From contig NC_086098.1 of assembly GCF_963921235.1 (NCBI RefSeq), forward strand, positions 240,064,001-240,128,000: a DNA stretch of 64,000 bases, given 5' to 3'. The stretch comes from Mobula hypostoma. Its lineage: Eukaryota. Both the position numbers and the translations under genes were made by a program. Below are positions 38,520 through 51,300 of the stretch, piece after piece. Position 1 is the first letter of the stretch. Each line of letters begins with the position of its first letter. The notes beneath the pieces were generated by a model. That model was not told the origin of the DNA. It worked only from the letters and a program-made list of their open reading frames with translations, and did no database searches.

Positions 38520-38859
38520 GGTAGCCGACGGGTCTCAGACCCTCGGTGAGATAGGGAGTTGTCTATCCCAGCATGTGAAGACAGACTCCGGCGGATTGAG
38601 TGGACGAGACCAATGGAAGGTCCAACGGTCAAGAAGGCGGTCTCTGCAAGCGTCGTGGAATGTGTAGAGCAGGACAAGACACAGAAGACATCCTGGTCAT
38701 CCACTGCGCCTGATCCCATCTCCAGCCGTCTCGACTCTGTCTTGCCACTGGATCCAGATGGGAATTGGGAATAGAGAGTGAGGCTGACGCTACGCAACCC
38801 TCCCTCACTTTAATCCAAATCACACGCGGTCCTGATCGACGTCGATGATGGATGAACAC
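38328..38859 (+). mobile_element. Full-length RTE-type non-autonomous retroposon with 5' HDV-like ribozyme fold (copy 1)
   Basis: 12-bp TSD AAATGGACATTG 38316-38327 and 38860-38871. Non-coding. Short AC-rich tail. Homologous to 42090-42640. Confidence 0.85.
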
Positions 38860-39604
38860 AAATGGACATTGACTCTTTGGACACTACCTCACTTTTTTTT
38901 TATATACAGTATTTCTGTTTTTGCACTTTTAAAAATCTATTCAACATATGCAATTGATTTACTTGATTATTATTTTTCATTTTATTTATTTTTTTCTCTC
39001 TGCTAGATTATGTATTGCATTGAACTGCAGTACATAAATTTCACGTCACATGCCGGTGATAATAAACCTGATTCTGAAAGCTGTTGTGCCATCTAGACAG
39101 ATCGCGCCATACACATTGAGGTAGTAAAAAGGATACAGAATCCAGAATATAGTGTTACAGTTAAAGAGAAAGTGCAATGCAGCAGAACTAATAAATTGCA
39201 AAGGCCATGATGCAGTAGACCCTGAGATTAAGAGCTCCTCTTATATAAATCATGATGTATATGTGATAAATAAATGGGAATCTGAATTTGAATGTGAACT
39301 TGTAGGTAGCAACAGGATTAACAAAGTACAAGCACAATTCTGGAGCTGACTTTTGCTAAATTAGAACCACAATGCAATTAATGTGTTTGCTGACTGAACT
39401 ATCTCATAAAGTCAATTGTTCTGCTGACACAATGGTTGCGCTCTGAGCTGCTTGTTTAATATATCATCATTCAACCATTTACATGTATAGCACCAATGTG
39501 ACGTTTACCAGGAGGTTTGTAGACAAAGGGCTCAAAGCATTGTTGAGGATCTCTACCATCCATCCCACAATCTTTTTGACCCACTACCATCAGGAAAGTG
39601 ATAC

Positions 39605-40868
39605 ATAGAAACATAGAAACATAGAAAATAGGTGCAGGAGTAGGCCATTCGGCCCTTCGAGCCTGCACCGCCATTTATTATGATCATGGCTGATCATCCA
39701 ACTCAGAACCCTGCACCAGCCTTCCCTCCATACCCCCTGATCCCCGTAGCCACAAGGGCCATATCTAACTCCCTCTTAAATATAGCCAATGAACTGGCCT
39801 CAACTGTTTCCTGTGGCAGAGAATTCCACAGATTCACCACTCTCTGTGTGAAGAAGTTTTTCCTAATCTCGGTCCTGAAAGGCTTCCCCTTTATCCTCAA
39901 ACTGTGACCCCTCGTTCTGGACTTCCCCAACATCGGGAACAATCTTCCTGCATCTAGCCTGTCCAATCCCTTTAGGATTTTATACGTTTCAATCAGATCC
40001 CCCCTCAATCTTCTAAATTCCAACGAGTACAAGCCCAGTTCATCCAGTCTTTCTTCATTTGAAAGTCCTGCCATCCCAGGAATCAATCTGGTGAACCTTC
40101 TTTGTACTCCCTCTATGGCAAGGATGTCTTTCCTCAGATTAGGGGACCAAAACTGCACACAATACTCCAGGTGTGGTCTCACCAAGGCCTTGTACAACTG
40201 CAGTAGTACCTCCCTGCTCCTGTACTCGAATCCTCTCGCTATAAATGCCAGCATACCATCCGCCTTTTTCACCGCCTGCTGTACCTGCATGCCCACTTTC
40301 AATGACTGGTGTATAATGACACCCAGGTCTCGTTGCACCTCCCCTTTTCCTAATCGGCCACCATTCAGATAATAATCTGTTTTCCTATTTTTGCCACCAA
40401 AGTGGATAACTTCACATTTATCCACATTAAATTGCATCTGCCATGAATTTGCCCACTCACCCAACCTATCCAAGTCACCCTGCATCCTCTTAGCATCCTC
40501 CTCACAGCTAACACTGCCGCCCAGCTTCGTGTCATCCGCAAACTTGGAGATGCTGCTTTTAATTCCCTCATCCAAGTCATTAATATATATTGTAAACAAC
40601 TGGGGTCCCAGCACTGAGCCTTGCGGTACCCCACTAGTCACTGCCTGCCATTCTGAAAAGGTCCCGTTTATTCCCACTCTTTGCTTCCTGTCTGCTAACC
40701 AATTCTCTATCCACATCAATACAATCAATACCTTACCCCCAATACCCTGTGCTTTAAGTTTGCACACTAATCTCCTGTGTGGGACCTTGTCAAAAGCCTT
40801 TTGAAAATCCAAATATACCACATCCACTGGTTCTCCCCTATCCACTCTACCAGTTACATCCTCAAAAA
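39605..40868 (-). mobile_element. Young 5'-truncated CR1 LINE with an open RT frame
   Basis: ORF 39703-40914: YLDFQKAFDKVPH, GVPQGSVLGP, KFADDTKL, no stops. (TTTCTATG)n tail at 39605-39625. Splits a Rex-like 3' region. Confidence 0.93.
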
Positions 40869-41103
40869 ATACGGGAGCATCGAGCATCGGGACTAGGATT
40901 GCCAGACTGGGCAACAGCTTCTTCCCTCAGGCTGTGAAATTAATGAATACTCTGCCACATCCAAGGTCTTGTCACTAGGACAGCAAGCTGTTTACCTGTT
41001 CTGCATACTGTTTATGTGCTGTGTGCAATATAGATTTTGTGGGTGTACCTTAGTCCAAGGGAATGCTGTTTCATTTTGGGTGGGTGGGTGTGTGTGTGTG
41101 TGT

Positions 41104-42030
41104 GTCAGTCATAGTCATACTTTTTTGGTCCTGGGGGAAATTGGTTTTCGTTACAGTTGCACCATAAATAATAAATAGTAATAGAAACAGAAATAGTTAA
41201 ATAGTAATATGTAAATTATGCCAGTAAATTACGAAATAAGAAATAAATCCAGGACCAGCCTATTGGCTCAGGGTGTCTGACCCTCCAAGGAAGGAGTTGT
41301 AAAGTTTGATGGCCACAGGCAGGAATGACTTCCTATGACGCTCTGTGTTGCATCTCGGTGGAATGAGTCTCTGGCTGAATGTACTCCTGTGCCCACCCAG
41401 TACATTATGTCGTGGATGGGAGACATTGACCAAGATGGCATGCAACTTAGACAGCATCCTCTTTTCAGACACCACCGTGAGAGAGTCCAGTTCCATCCCC
41501 ACAACATCACTGGCCTTACGAATTAGTTTGTTGATTCTGTTGGTGTCTGCTACCCTCAGCCTGCTGCCCCAGCACACAACACGCCCAGGTGGGCGTAGAC
41601 AGGGTTCAGCAGGTAGACAATGGCATCCTCAACTCCTAGTCAGGACTGGTAGGCGAACTGGAGGGGACCTAAGTGTGGCCTGACCATAGACTGGAGCAGC
41701 TCCAGAACAAGTCTCTCCAGGGTCTTCATGATGTGGGAGGTCAATGCCACCGGTCTGTAGTCATTGAGGCCGCTGGGGCGCGGCGTCTTCGGCACAGGGA
41801 CGAGGCAGGACGTCTTCCACAGTACAGGAACCCTCCGGATCCTCAAGCTCAGGTTGAATACATGGCGAAGTACTCCACATAGCTGAGGGGCACAGACTTT
41901 GAGCACCCTGGTACTGACACCATCCGGTCCTGCAGCCTTGCTTGGATTGAGACGTTTCAGCTGCCTTCTCACCTGTTCAGCTGTGAAGCCCACCGTGGTG
42001 GTTTCATGTGAGGAAGGGGTATAGTCATGA
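41104..42030 (-). mobile_element. Rex1/Babar-like LINE, internally deleted, (GACTAT)n tail; near-identical 3' end also at 62563-62840
   Basis: KAAGPDGV...DYRPVALTSHIMKTLERL joined to INKLIRKASDVVG...RHRKSFLPVAIKLYN. Confidence 0.85.
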
Positions 42031-42089
42031 GAGATATAGACACAGACAGATGACAGTGAAATTGAACTTGAACACACAACACATAAAGT

Positions 42090-42640
42090 TGTTGTTCGTC
42101 CATCGTCGACGTCGATGAGAACCTCAACACCATTATGATGATGTCGAGACTAGCGCGTGATTTGGATTTAAGTGAGGAAGAGTTGCAAAGTGTCAGCCTC
42201 ACTCTCTGCTCCTAATTCCCATCTGGATCCAGTGGCAAGACAGAGTCGAGACGGCCGGAGATGGGACTAGGCGCAGTGGATGACCAGGACATCGTCTGTG
42301 TCTTGTCCTGCTCCACACATTCCACAATGCTTGAAGAGACCGCCTTCTTGACCATTGGACCTTCCATTGGTCTCATCCACTCAATCTGCCAGAGTCTACC
42401 TTCACATGCTGGGATAGACAACTCCCTATCTCACCGAGGGTTTGAGACCCGTCGGCTAACCTCACCTGGTTTACCCGGCTTGACGAAGCTATTGCCCGGG
42501 GTGTGGCCACTGTCGCATGCAAACAGCTACGGGGAGCCACAGGTGAGAGCTGAGTGCCAGCTGGGGACCAAAGGTAGACTAACCGCCTTGAAAAGGACAC
42601 GACATGTTCCCCCACCAGAGGCGCTACCCCATACACCCCA
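42090..42640 (-). mobile_element. Full-length RTE-type non-autonomous retroposon with 5' HDV-like ribozyme fold (copy 2)
   Basis: 14-bp TSD ACAACACATAAAGT 42076-42089 and 42641-42654. 5' GGGGTGT pairs 7/7 with ACACCCC. (AAC)n tail. Confidence 0.85.
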
Positions 42641-43721
42641 ACAACACATAAAGTAATATTACCACAAATAAATTAACAAATACTAGAATATATTCTAGAA
42701 GACTGACATTTGGCTTCGGGTGCCTTTACAACATGAGGTAAAAAGTAAATAGTGCAATGCTACTAGCTCTTCATACATGATGAGACCTGGGTGGTGGCAG
42801 AGATTCAATAGTCTCACGGCGGGGGTGGGGGGTAAGAAGCTCTTTCCATCCTAAATGTCCTTGTCCTAATGCTACAGTACCTCCTGCCTGATGGTAGGGG
42901 TCAAAGTGTGACTGCTGGATAGATGGGAGAGACCATTGACAATGCTAAAGGTGCTGTGTGCTCAGCACTCCTGGAAAATATCTCTGATGGGTAGAAGAAG
43001 GATCCGAATGATCCTCTCAGCAATCCTCACAATCCTTTGCGGGGTCTTGCCTGGCAACTCCCCTACCAGACAGTGATGCTGACATCACATTCTGAGCTTG
43101 CCTGTTCTCAAAAGCAAGAGGATTGGTTAGTGGGTGGGGGGTTAATGCGCCACTGTTAATTGCCCCCCCTAGTTTATGCATACATAGTGAAACAAATCAA
43201 ACAGATGTGCAAGAGAGATTAATTTGCAGGGGTCAGTAAGATAAAGAACAGGGATGGGAATGGGACTGATGGGGTGGCTCTGCGAGGAGCCAGTGTGGAT
43301 CCAATGTTGAATCAGTAAATCAGTATATAACAATGACGCACATCTGGAGGAAGCAACCCCTAAGAGACTGACCCCTAAACAACTGGAGAGAGCATACACA
43401 CTTCTGGGCAGTGACCCCACTAACATCTGGGGAAATTAATCCATACACACATCTAGAAACTAATCTTCAATCATTTGGAGACAGGGATGTCACACGTTTA
43501 CACACGGACACAGACACATACATCTGGACAGTGCTTTCCCCACCCCCCAACGGCTGGAGACAACAGACCCACACACACCTAGAGTCATTGAACTAACCCT
43601 CTCCCTATCATTTGGAGACCGTGGCCAAAAGCTTGTCCAGTTATTAAAACAGGCAGGGAGTGGGTGAGTAGGTGGAGAGATTTAAGGAGGGGAATGCCCA
43701 ACCTCAGGCCAGCTCTCTTAC

Positions 43722-43921
43722 CTATGTGCTTCTGACAGTCTACATACGTTGCAGAGGATTGTTTGGTCAGTGGCACAGTACAGGGTCATTGGCTTTTGAT
43801 GCTTCTTGCACTGCTTTGGGCCCAAGTTACCAGGAGAGTGGGAGACAGACTTCGATTCCTGCAGCCTCTCGACCAAGTTTGCTGCCAAGAAGTTCTTGGT
43901 AAAGTTTTTAGACAAGGATAT
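43722..43921 (-). CDS. TRIM exon 2: RING-Bbox linker and most of B-box 2
   Basis: Acceptor ctatctcttggccgcag|ATA. ISLSKNFTKNFLAANLVERLQ...CKKHQKPMTLYCATDQTILCNVCRLSEAH(R). Donor AG|GTAAGA. 200 nt, phase 0 to 2. Confidence 0.92.
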
Positions 43922-45124
43922 CTGCGGCCAAGAGATAGGGAAATTAATTTTTGAAGTGTGCCTGATATTTTGCACTAGTATGGCTGAGGTGCAGTGTTTA
44001 GCTTACACACCTTTTTTTAAAATATTCAGTATTTCTGTTTTTGCACGTGTTTTAATCTACTCAATATATGTAATTGATTTACTTATTAAATATTTTTTGT
44101 ATTTTTTTCTCTCTGCTAGATTATGTATTGCATTGAACTGCTGCTGCTAAGTTAACAAATTTCAAGTCACATGTTGGCGATAATAAACCTGATTCTGATT
44201 CTGACACACTGTGATTCAGAGGTCCGGATTAACATTCCAGACCCGGGGTTTGAATCATTCCTCAGCGCATACAAGACAGCTGAAAACACATATGGGTTAG
44301 TGTTAGTGAGTTGTGGGTATGCTTGATGCAAATAACACATTTCAGTGTACAATCCGACGTATATGTGACGAATAAAGCTAATCTTTATCTCTTTAACCTT
44401 TAAATCTAGTTCACAATCTGGAACCGGAAACCAAGCGAGGAATCAAACCCAACCAGTTCACCAAGTTTTGGCCCAAAACCTTGACCCTCCCCAGGCTGTG
44501 GCAGGTTCCTGTGCATTGTAACCCAGACAGTTCGCCAGTCAAAGATGTGGCCACAAACCAAGTTCCCACCTGACAGAAGATGCCAGTAGCCTTGCAACAG
44601 CCAGCAAATCCACCCCACCAGTTTCCCAAACATTTTCTCAGTTGTTGCAATGTCCAGCATTCGTAAGCTGGGGAGGACTAGTACATCCCTTCCCACTGAA
44701 GCCATCTCACCCACTGAAAGTTTTCTGTGAGGGGTACAGACAGGGGATACTTGCAGGGGAAACATCTACGCTCAAGAGGATGAGAGTGTGGACCGAGCTG
44801 CCAGTGGAAGTGGTGTATGCAGGTTCGACTGTAATATTTAAGAGAAGTTTGGATAAGTAAATGGGTGGGAGAAGTTTAGCGAGATATGGACTGGTGCAGA
44901 TAGATGAGACTAGGCAGAATAAGTTTGGCACAGACCAGGCAGGCCAAAGAGCCTGTTTCTGTGCTGCAGTGCTCTATGGCTCTATGGCACTTGTAGTTTG
45001 TTTCTATTTCCAATTGCTTCTCCAACATTGTTGAAAGTAGGAAGTGTTTATTTCTAAAAGCCACGCATTGGATGCATGGGAATGAAACAGTCGGAATGTT
45101 CAGCCCCTTGAATCTGCCGTTCTA

Positions 45125-45435
45125 CCATGGCCATTCCAACACTGATAACATGGGACAGAGGGTGTGGTCCCATCATGGCCATTCCAATACTAATGATATG
45201 GGACAGAGGGTGTGGTCCCATCATGGCCATTCCAATACTGATGATATGGGACAGTGGGTGTAATCCCATCATGCCACTCCAATACTGATGATATGGGGCT
45301 GAGGGTGTCGTCCCATCAAGGCTGTTCCATTACTAGTGATATGGAATAGAGGGTGTGGTCCCATCATGGCCATTCCAATACTGATGGGACAGAAGGTGTG
45401 GTCCCATCATGGCTGTTCCATTACTTGTGATGTAA
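45125..45435. repeat. Diverged units of the 48-bp minisatellite, cut off from the main array by a CR1
   Basis: GATATGGGACAGAGGGTGTGGTCCCATCATGGCCATTCCAATACTGAT units. Confidence 0.85.
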
Positions 45436-48375
45436 GGCCATGGACATAGGAGCAGAATTAGGCCTTCTGGCCCATCGAGTCTGCTCTGCCATTCGACCTT
45501 GGGTGATCCTTTTTTTCTATCTCCTCCTCAATCCCAGTTCCCAGCCATCTCCCCGTCACCTTTGATGCCATGTCCAATTAAAAACCTATCAATCTCTGCC
45601 TTAAATACACCCAACGACCTGGCCTCCACTGCCACATGTGACAACAAATTCCACAAATTCACCACACTTTGGCTAAAGAAACTTCTCCACATCTCTGTTT
45701 TGAAAGGGCGCCCCTCTATCCTGAGGCTGTGCTCTCTTGTCCTAGACTCTCCCACCATGGGAAATATCCTTTCCACATCTACTCGTCCTGGCCTTTCAAC
45801 ATTCAAAAGTTTCAATGAGATCCCCCCTCATCCTTCTGAATTCCAGCAAGTACAGATCTAGAGCCATCAAATATTCCACGTGTGATAACCTTTTCATTCC
45901 TGGAATCATCTTTGTGAACCTCCTCTGGACCTTCTCCAATGCCAGCACATTTTTTCTAAGATAAAGGGCCCAAAACTGTTCACAATGCTCCAGATGAGGC
46001 CTCATCAGTGCCTTATAAAGCCTTAGCAATACATCCTTGTTCTTATATTCTAGACCTCTTGAAATGAATGCTAACATGGGATTTGCCTTCCTCACCACCG
46101 AATCAACCTGCAAGGGTGTTCTGCACAAGGACTCCCAAGTCCATCTGCATCTCAGATTCCTGGATTTTCTCCCCGTTCAGAAAATAGTCCACTCATTTAT
46201 TTCTGTTACCAAAGTGCATGACCGTGTATTTTCCAAAATTGCATTTCATTTGCCACATTCTTGCCCATTCTCCTAATCTATCTAAGTCCTTCTGCATCCT
46301 ACCTGTTTCCTCAACACTACCTGCCCCTCCACCAGTCTTTGTATCATCTGCAAATTTGGCAACAAAGTCATCTATTCCATCCTTTAAATCATTGATATAC
46401 AGCATAAAAAGAAGTGGTCCCAACACAGACCCCTGCGGAACACCACTAGTCACTGGCAGCCAACCAGAAAAGGATCATTTTATTCCCATTCGCTGCATCC
46501 TACTAATCAGCCAATGCTCTAACCACGTTAGCAATTTTCCTGTAATACCATGGGCTCTTATCTTGGTAAGCAGCCTCACGTGTGGCCCCTTGTCAAAGGC
46601 CTTCTGAAAGTCCAAATATACAACATCCACTACATCCCCTTTATCTATCCAACTTGAAATCTCCTCAAAGAATTCCAACAGGTTCGTCAGGCAGGATTTT
46701 TCCTGAAGGAAACCTTGCTGACTTTGTACTATCTTGTCCTGTGTCACCAAGTACTCAATCACCTCATCCTTAACAGATGACTCAATCTTCCCAACCACTA
46801 TGGTCAGGCTAACTGGTCTATAATTTCCTTTCTGCTACCTTCTTCCTTTCTTAAAGAGTGGAGTAACATGGGTAATTTTCCAGTCCTCTGGCACCAACAC
46901 TGGAGCCAAATGATTTTTGAAAGATAATTTCTAATGCCATCACAATCTCTAACGCTACCTCTTTCAGACTCCAAGGGTGCAGTTCCTCTGGTCCGGGTGA
47001 CTTAAGTACCTTTAAGTTTTTCAGCTTTTTGTGCAACTTCTCTTCTGTAATGGTAACCGCACCCACTTCTCTTCCTTCAAACACAACACCACCAGGCATA
47101 CTGCTAGTGTCTTCCACAGTACAGACTGACGCAAAATACTTATTTAGTTCACCAGCCACCTCCTTTCCCTCGTAATTATTTCTCCTGCCTCATTTTCTAG
47201 TGGTCCTATATCCACTCTCATTTCTCTTTTATTTTTAACATACTTGAATAAACTTTTTCTATCCACTTTGATATTATTCACTAGCTTGGTTTCATATTTC
47301 ATCTATTCCCTTCTAATGATTTTTCAGTCTCTATCTAAAGTTTTTAAAAACTTCTCAATCCTCTTTCTTCTCACTAATTTTTACTTTGTTGAATGCCCTT
47401 TCTTTTGCTTTTATAATAGCTTTGACTTCCCTTGTCAGCCACAGTTGTACTATTTTACCATTTGAGTGCTTCTTCATTTTTGGAATACACATGTCCTGCA
47501 CCTTGCTCATTTTTCCCAGAAACGCACGCCGTTGCTACTCTGCTGACATTGCTGCCAGCAGCTCCTTCCAATTTACTTTGGCCAACTCCTCTCTCATGCC
47601 ACTGTAATTTCCCTTACTTCACTGAAATACTGCTAGATCTCTTTACTTTCTCCCTATCAAATTTCAAGTTGAACACAATCATGTTGTGATCACTGGTTCC
47701 TAAGGGTTCTTTTACCTTAAGCTCCCTAATCACCTCCGGTTCATTACATAACACCCAATCCAGTATACCTGATCCCCCTGTAGGCTCAATGAGAAACAGC
47801 CATAAAAAGCTACCTCTTAGGCATTCAACAACCTCACTCTCTTGGGATTCATTAGCAACCTGATTTTCCCAATCAACCTGCATGTTAAAATCTCCCATGA
47901 TTACCATAACATTGCCCTTTTGACTCGCCTTTTTTACTTCCTATTGTAACCAGTGGTCCACCTCTTCCAATCCTATGTCATATCTTTCTACTGATTTGAT
48001 GCCATTCTTTACCAGTAGAGCCACACCACCCCCTCTGCCTACCTTCCTATTCCTCCAATAAAACGTGTAAACTTGGACATTCAGTTTCCAACTACAGCCA
48101 TCCTTCAGCCACGATTCAGTGATGGCTACAACATCGTACCTGGCAATATGTAATATTGCAACAAGATCATCCATCTTATTTCTTATACTATGCGCATTTA
48201 GATACAACACCTTGAGTACCGTATTTGTTATCCTTTCTGACTCTGCATCCCTAATGATTTGATACTCAGCCTGTTGGCTGCAACTAAGTCCCATCACCTG
48301 CCTGCCCTTCCTAACAATCACACTGCACGCTATCTTTACTTTTTTACCATCCATCCTTTCCTGAGTCCCTTCACT
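45436..48375 (-). mobile_element. CR1 LINE with APE endonuclease and RT (decayed)
   Basis: VLYLNAHSIRNK...AITESWL, IMGDFN, LGTSDHNMI, LDFQKAFDK, GVPQGSVLGP, KFADDTK, ESRTREHSLRI, with frameshifts. Confidence 0.9.
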
Positions 48376-48379
48376 CAAT

Positions 48380-51300
48380 CCCTTCGATATGGGACAGAGA
48401 GTGTGGTCCTGTCATGGCCGTTCCATTCCTGGTGATATAGGACAGAGAGTGTGGTCTCAATGTGGCCGTTCCAATACTGACAAGAGATAGCAGGTAAGGT
48501 CCCATTACTGACGATATGGGACAGAAGGTGAGGTCCCGTTGTGGCCGTCCAGTCACTGACGATATGGGACAGAGTGTGAGATCCCGTCGAAGCCGTCCAG
48601 TTACTGACGATATGGGACAGAGGGTGAGATCCCGTTGTGGCCGTCCAGTCACCGACAATATGGGACAGAGGGTGAGATCTCACTGTGGCCGTCCAGTCAC
48701 TGACGACATGGGACAGAGGGTGAGATCCCGTTGTGGCCGTCCAGTCACTGACGATATGGGACAGAGGGTGAGATCTCACTGTGGCCGTCCAGTCACTGAC
48801 GATATGGGACAGAGGGTGAGATCTCACTGTGGCCGTCCAGTTACTGACGATATGGGACAGAGGGTGAGATCCCGTTGTGGCCGTCCAGTCACTGACGATA
48901 TGGGACAAAGGGTGAGATCTCACTGTGGCTGTCCAGTCACCGACGATATGGGACAGAGGGTGAGATCTCACTGTGGCCGTCCAGTCACTGACGATATGGG
49001 ACAGAGGGTGAAATCTCACTGTGGCCGACCAGTCACTGACGATATGGGACAGAGGGTGAGATCCCGTTATGGCCGTCCAGTCACTGACGATATGGGACAG
49101 AGGGTCAGATCTCACTGTGGTCGTCCAGTCACTGATGATATGGGACAGAGGGTGAGATCTCACTGTGGCCGTCCAGTCACCGACGACATGGGACAGAGGG
49201 TGAGATCTCACTGTGGCCGTCCAGTCACCGACGACATGGGACAGAGGGTGAGATCTCACTGTGGCCGTCCAGTCACCGACGATATGGGACAGAGAGTGAG
49301 ATCTCACTGTGGCCGTCCAGTCACTGACGACATGGGACAGAGGGTGAGATCCTGTTGTGGCCGTCCAGTCACTGACGACATGGGACAGAGGGTGAGATCC
49401 CATTGTGGCCGTCCAGTCACCAACGATATGGGACAGAGGGTGAAATCTCACTGTGGCCGACCAGTCACTGACGATATGGGACAGAGGGTGAGATCCTGTT
49501 GTGGCCGTCCAGTCACTGACGATATGGGACAGAGGGTGAGATCTCACTGTGGCCGTCCAGTCACTGATGATATGGGACAGAGGGTGAGATCCCGTTGTGG
49601 CCGTCCAGTCACCGACGATATGGGACAGAGGGTGAGATCGCACTGTGGCCGTCCAGTCACCAACGATATGGGACGGAGGGTGAGATCTCACTGTGGCCGT
49701 CCAGTCACTGACGATATGGGACAGAGGGTGAGATCTCACTGTGGCCGTCCAGTCACCAACGATTTGGGACAGAGTGTGAGATCTCACTGTGGCCATCCAG
49801 TCACCGACGATATGGGATAGAGTGTGAGATCTCACTGTGGCCGTCCAGTCACTGATGATATGGGACAGAGGGTGAGATCTCACTGTGGCCGTCCAGTCAC
49901 CGACGACATGGGACAGAGGGTGAGATCTCACTGTGGCCGTCCAGTCACCGACGACATGGGACAGAGGGTGAGATCTCACTGTGGCCGTCCAGTCACCGAC
50001 GATATGGGACAGAGAGTGAGATCTCACTGTGGCCGTCCAGTCACTGACGACATGGGACAGAGGGTGAGATCCTGTTGTGGCCGTCCAGTCACTGACGACA
50101 TGGGACAGAGGGTGAGATCCCGTTGTGGCCGTCCAGTCACCAACGATATGGGACAGAGGGTGAGATCTCACTGTGGCCGTCCAGTCACTGATGATATGGG
50201 ACAGAGGGTGAGATCTCACTGTGGCCGTCCAGTCACCGACGATATGGGACAGAGGGTGAAATCTCACTGTGGCCGACCAGTCACTGACGATATGGGACAG
50301 AGGGTGAGATCCCGTTATGGCCGTCCAGTCACTGACGATATGGGACAGAGGGTCAGATCTCACTGTGGTCGTCCAGTCACTGATGATATGGGACAGAGGG
50401 TGAGATCTCACTGTGGCCGTCCAGTCACCGACGACATGGGACAGAGGGTGAGATCTCACTGTGGCCGTCCAGTCACCGACGACATGGGACAGAGGGTGAG
50501 ATCTCACTGTGGCCGTCCAGTCACCGACGATATGGGACAGAGAGTGAGATCTCACTGTGGCCGTCCAGTCACTGACGACATGGGACAGAGGGTGAGATCC
50601 TGTTGTGGCCGTCCAGTCACTGACGACATGGGACAGAGGGTGAGATCCCATTGTGGCCGTCCAGTCACCAACGATATGGGACAGAGGGTGAGATCTCACT
50701 GTGGCCGTCCAGTCACCTACGATATGGGACAGAGGGTGAAATCTCACTGTGGCCGACCAGTCACTGACGATATGGGACAGAGGGTGAGATCCCGTTGTGG
50801 CCGTCCAGTCACTGACGATATGGGACAGAGGGTGAGATCTCACTGTGGCCGTCCAGTCACTGATGATATGGGACAGAGGGTGAGATCCCGTTGTGGCCGT
50901 CCAGTCACCGACGATATGGGACAGAGGGTGAGATCGCACTGTGGCCGTCCAGTCACCAACGATATGGGACGGAGGGTGAGATCTCACTGTGGCCGTCCAG
51001 TCACTGACGATATGGGACAGAGGGTGAGATCTCACTGTGGCCGTCCAGTCACCAACGATTTGGGACAGAGTGTGAGATCTCACTGTGGCCATCCAGTCAC
51101 CGACGATATGGGATAGAGTGTGAGATCTCACTGTGGCCGTCCAGTCACTGATGATATGGGACAGAGGGTGAGATCTCACTGTGGCCGTCCAGTCACCGAC
51201 GACATGGGACAGAGGGTGAGATCTCACTGTGGCCGTCCAGTCACCGACGACATGGGACAGAGGGTGAGATCTCACTGTGGCCGTCCAGTCACCAACGATA

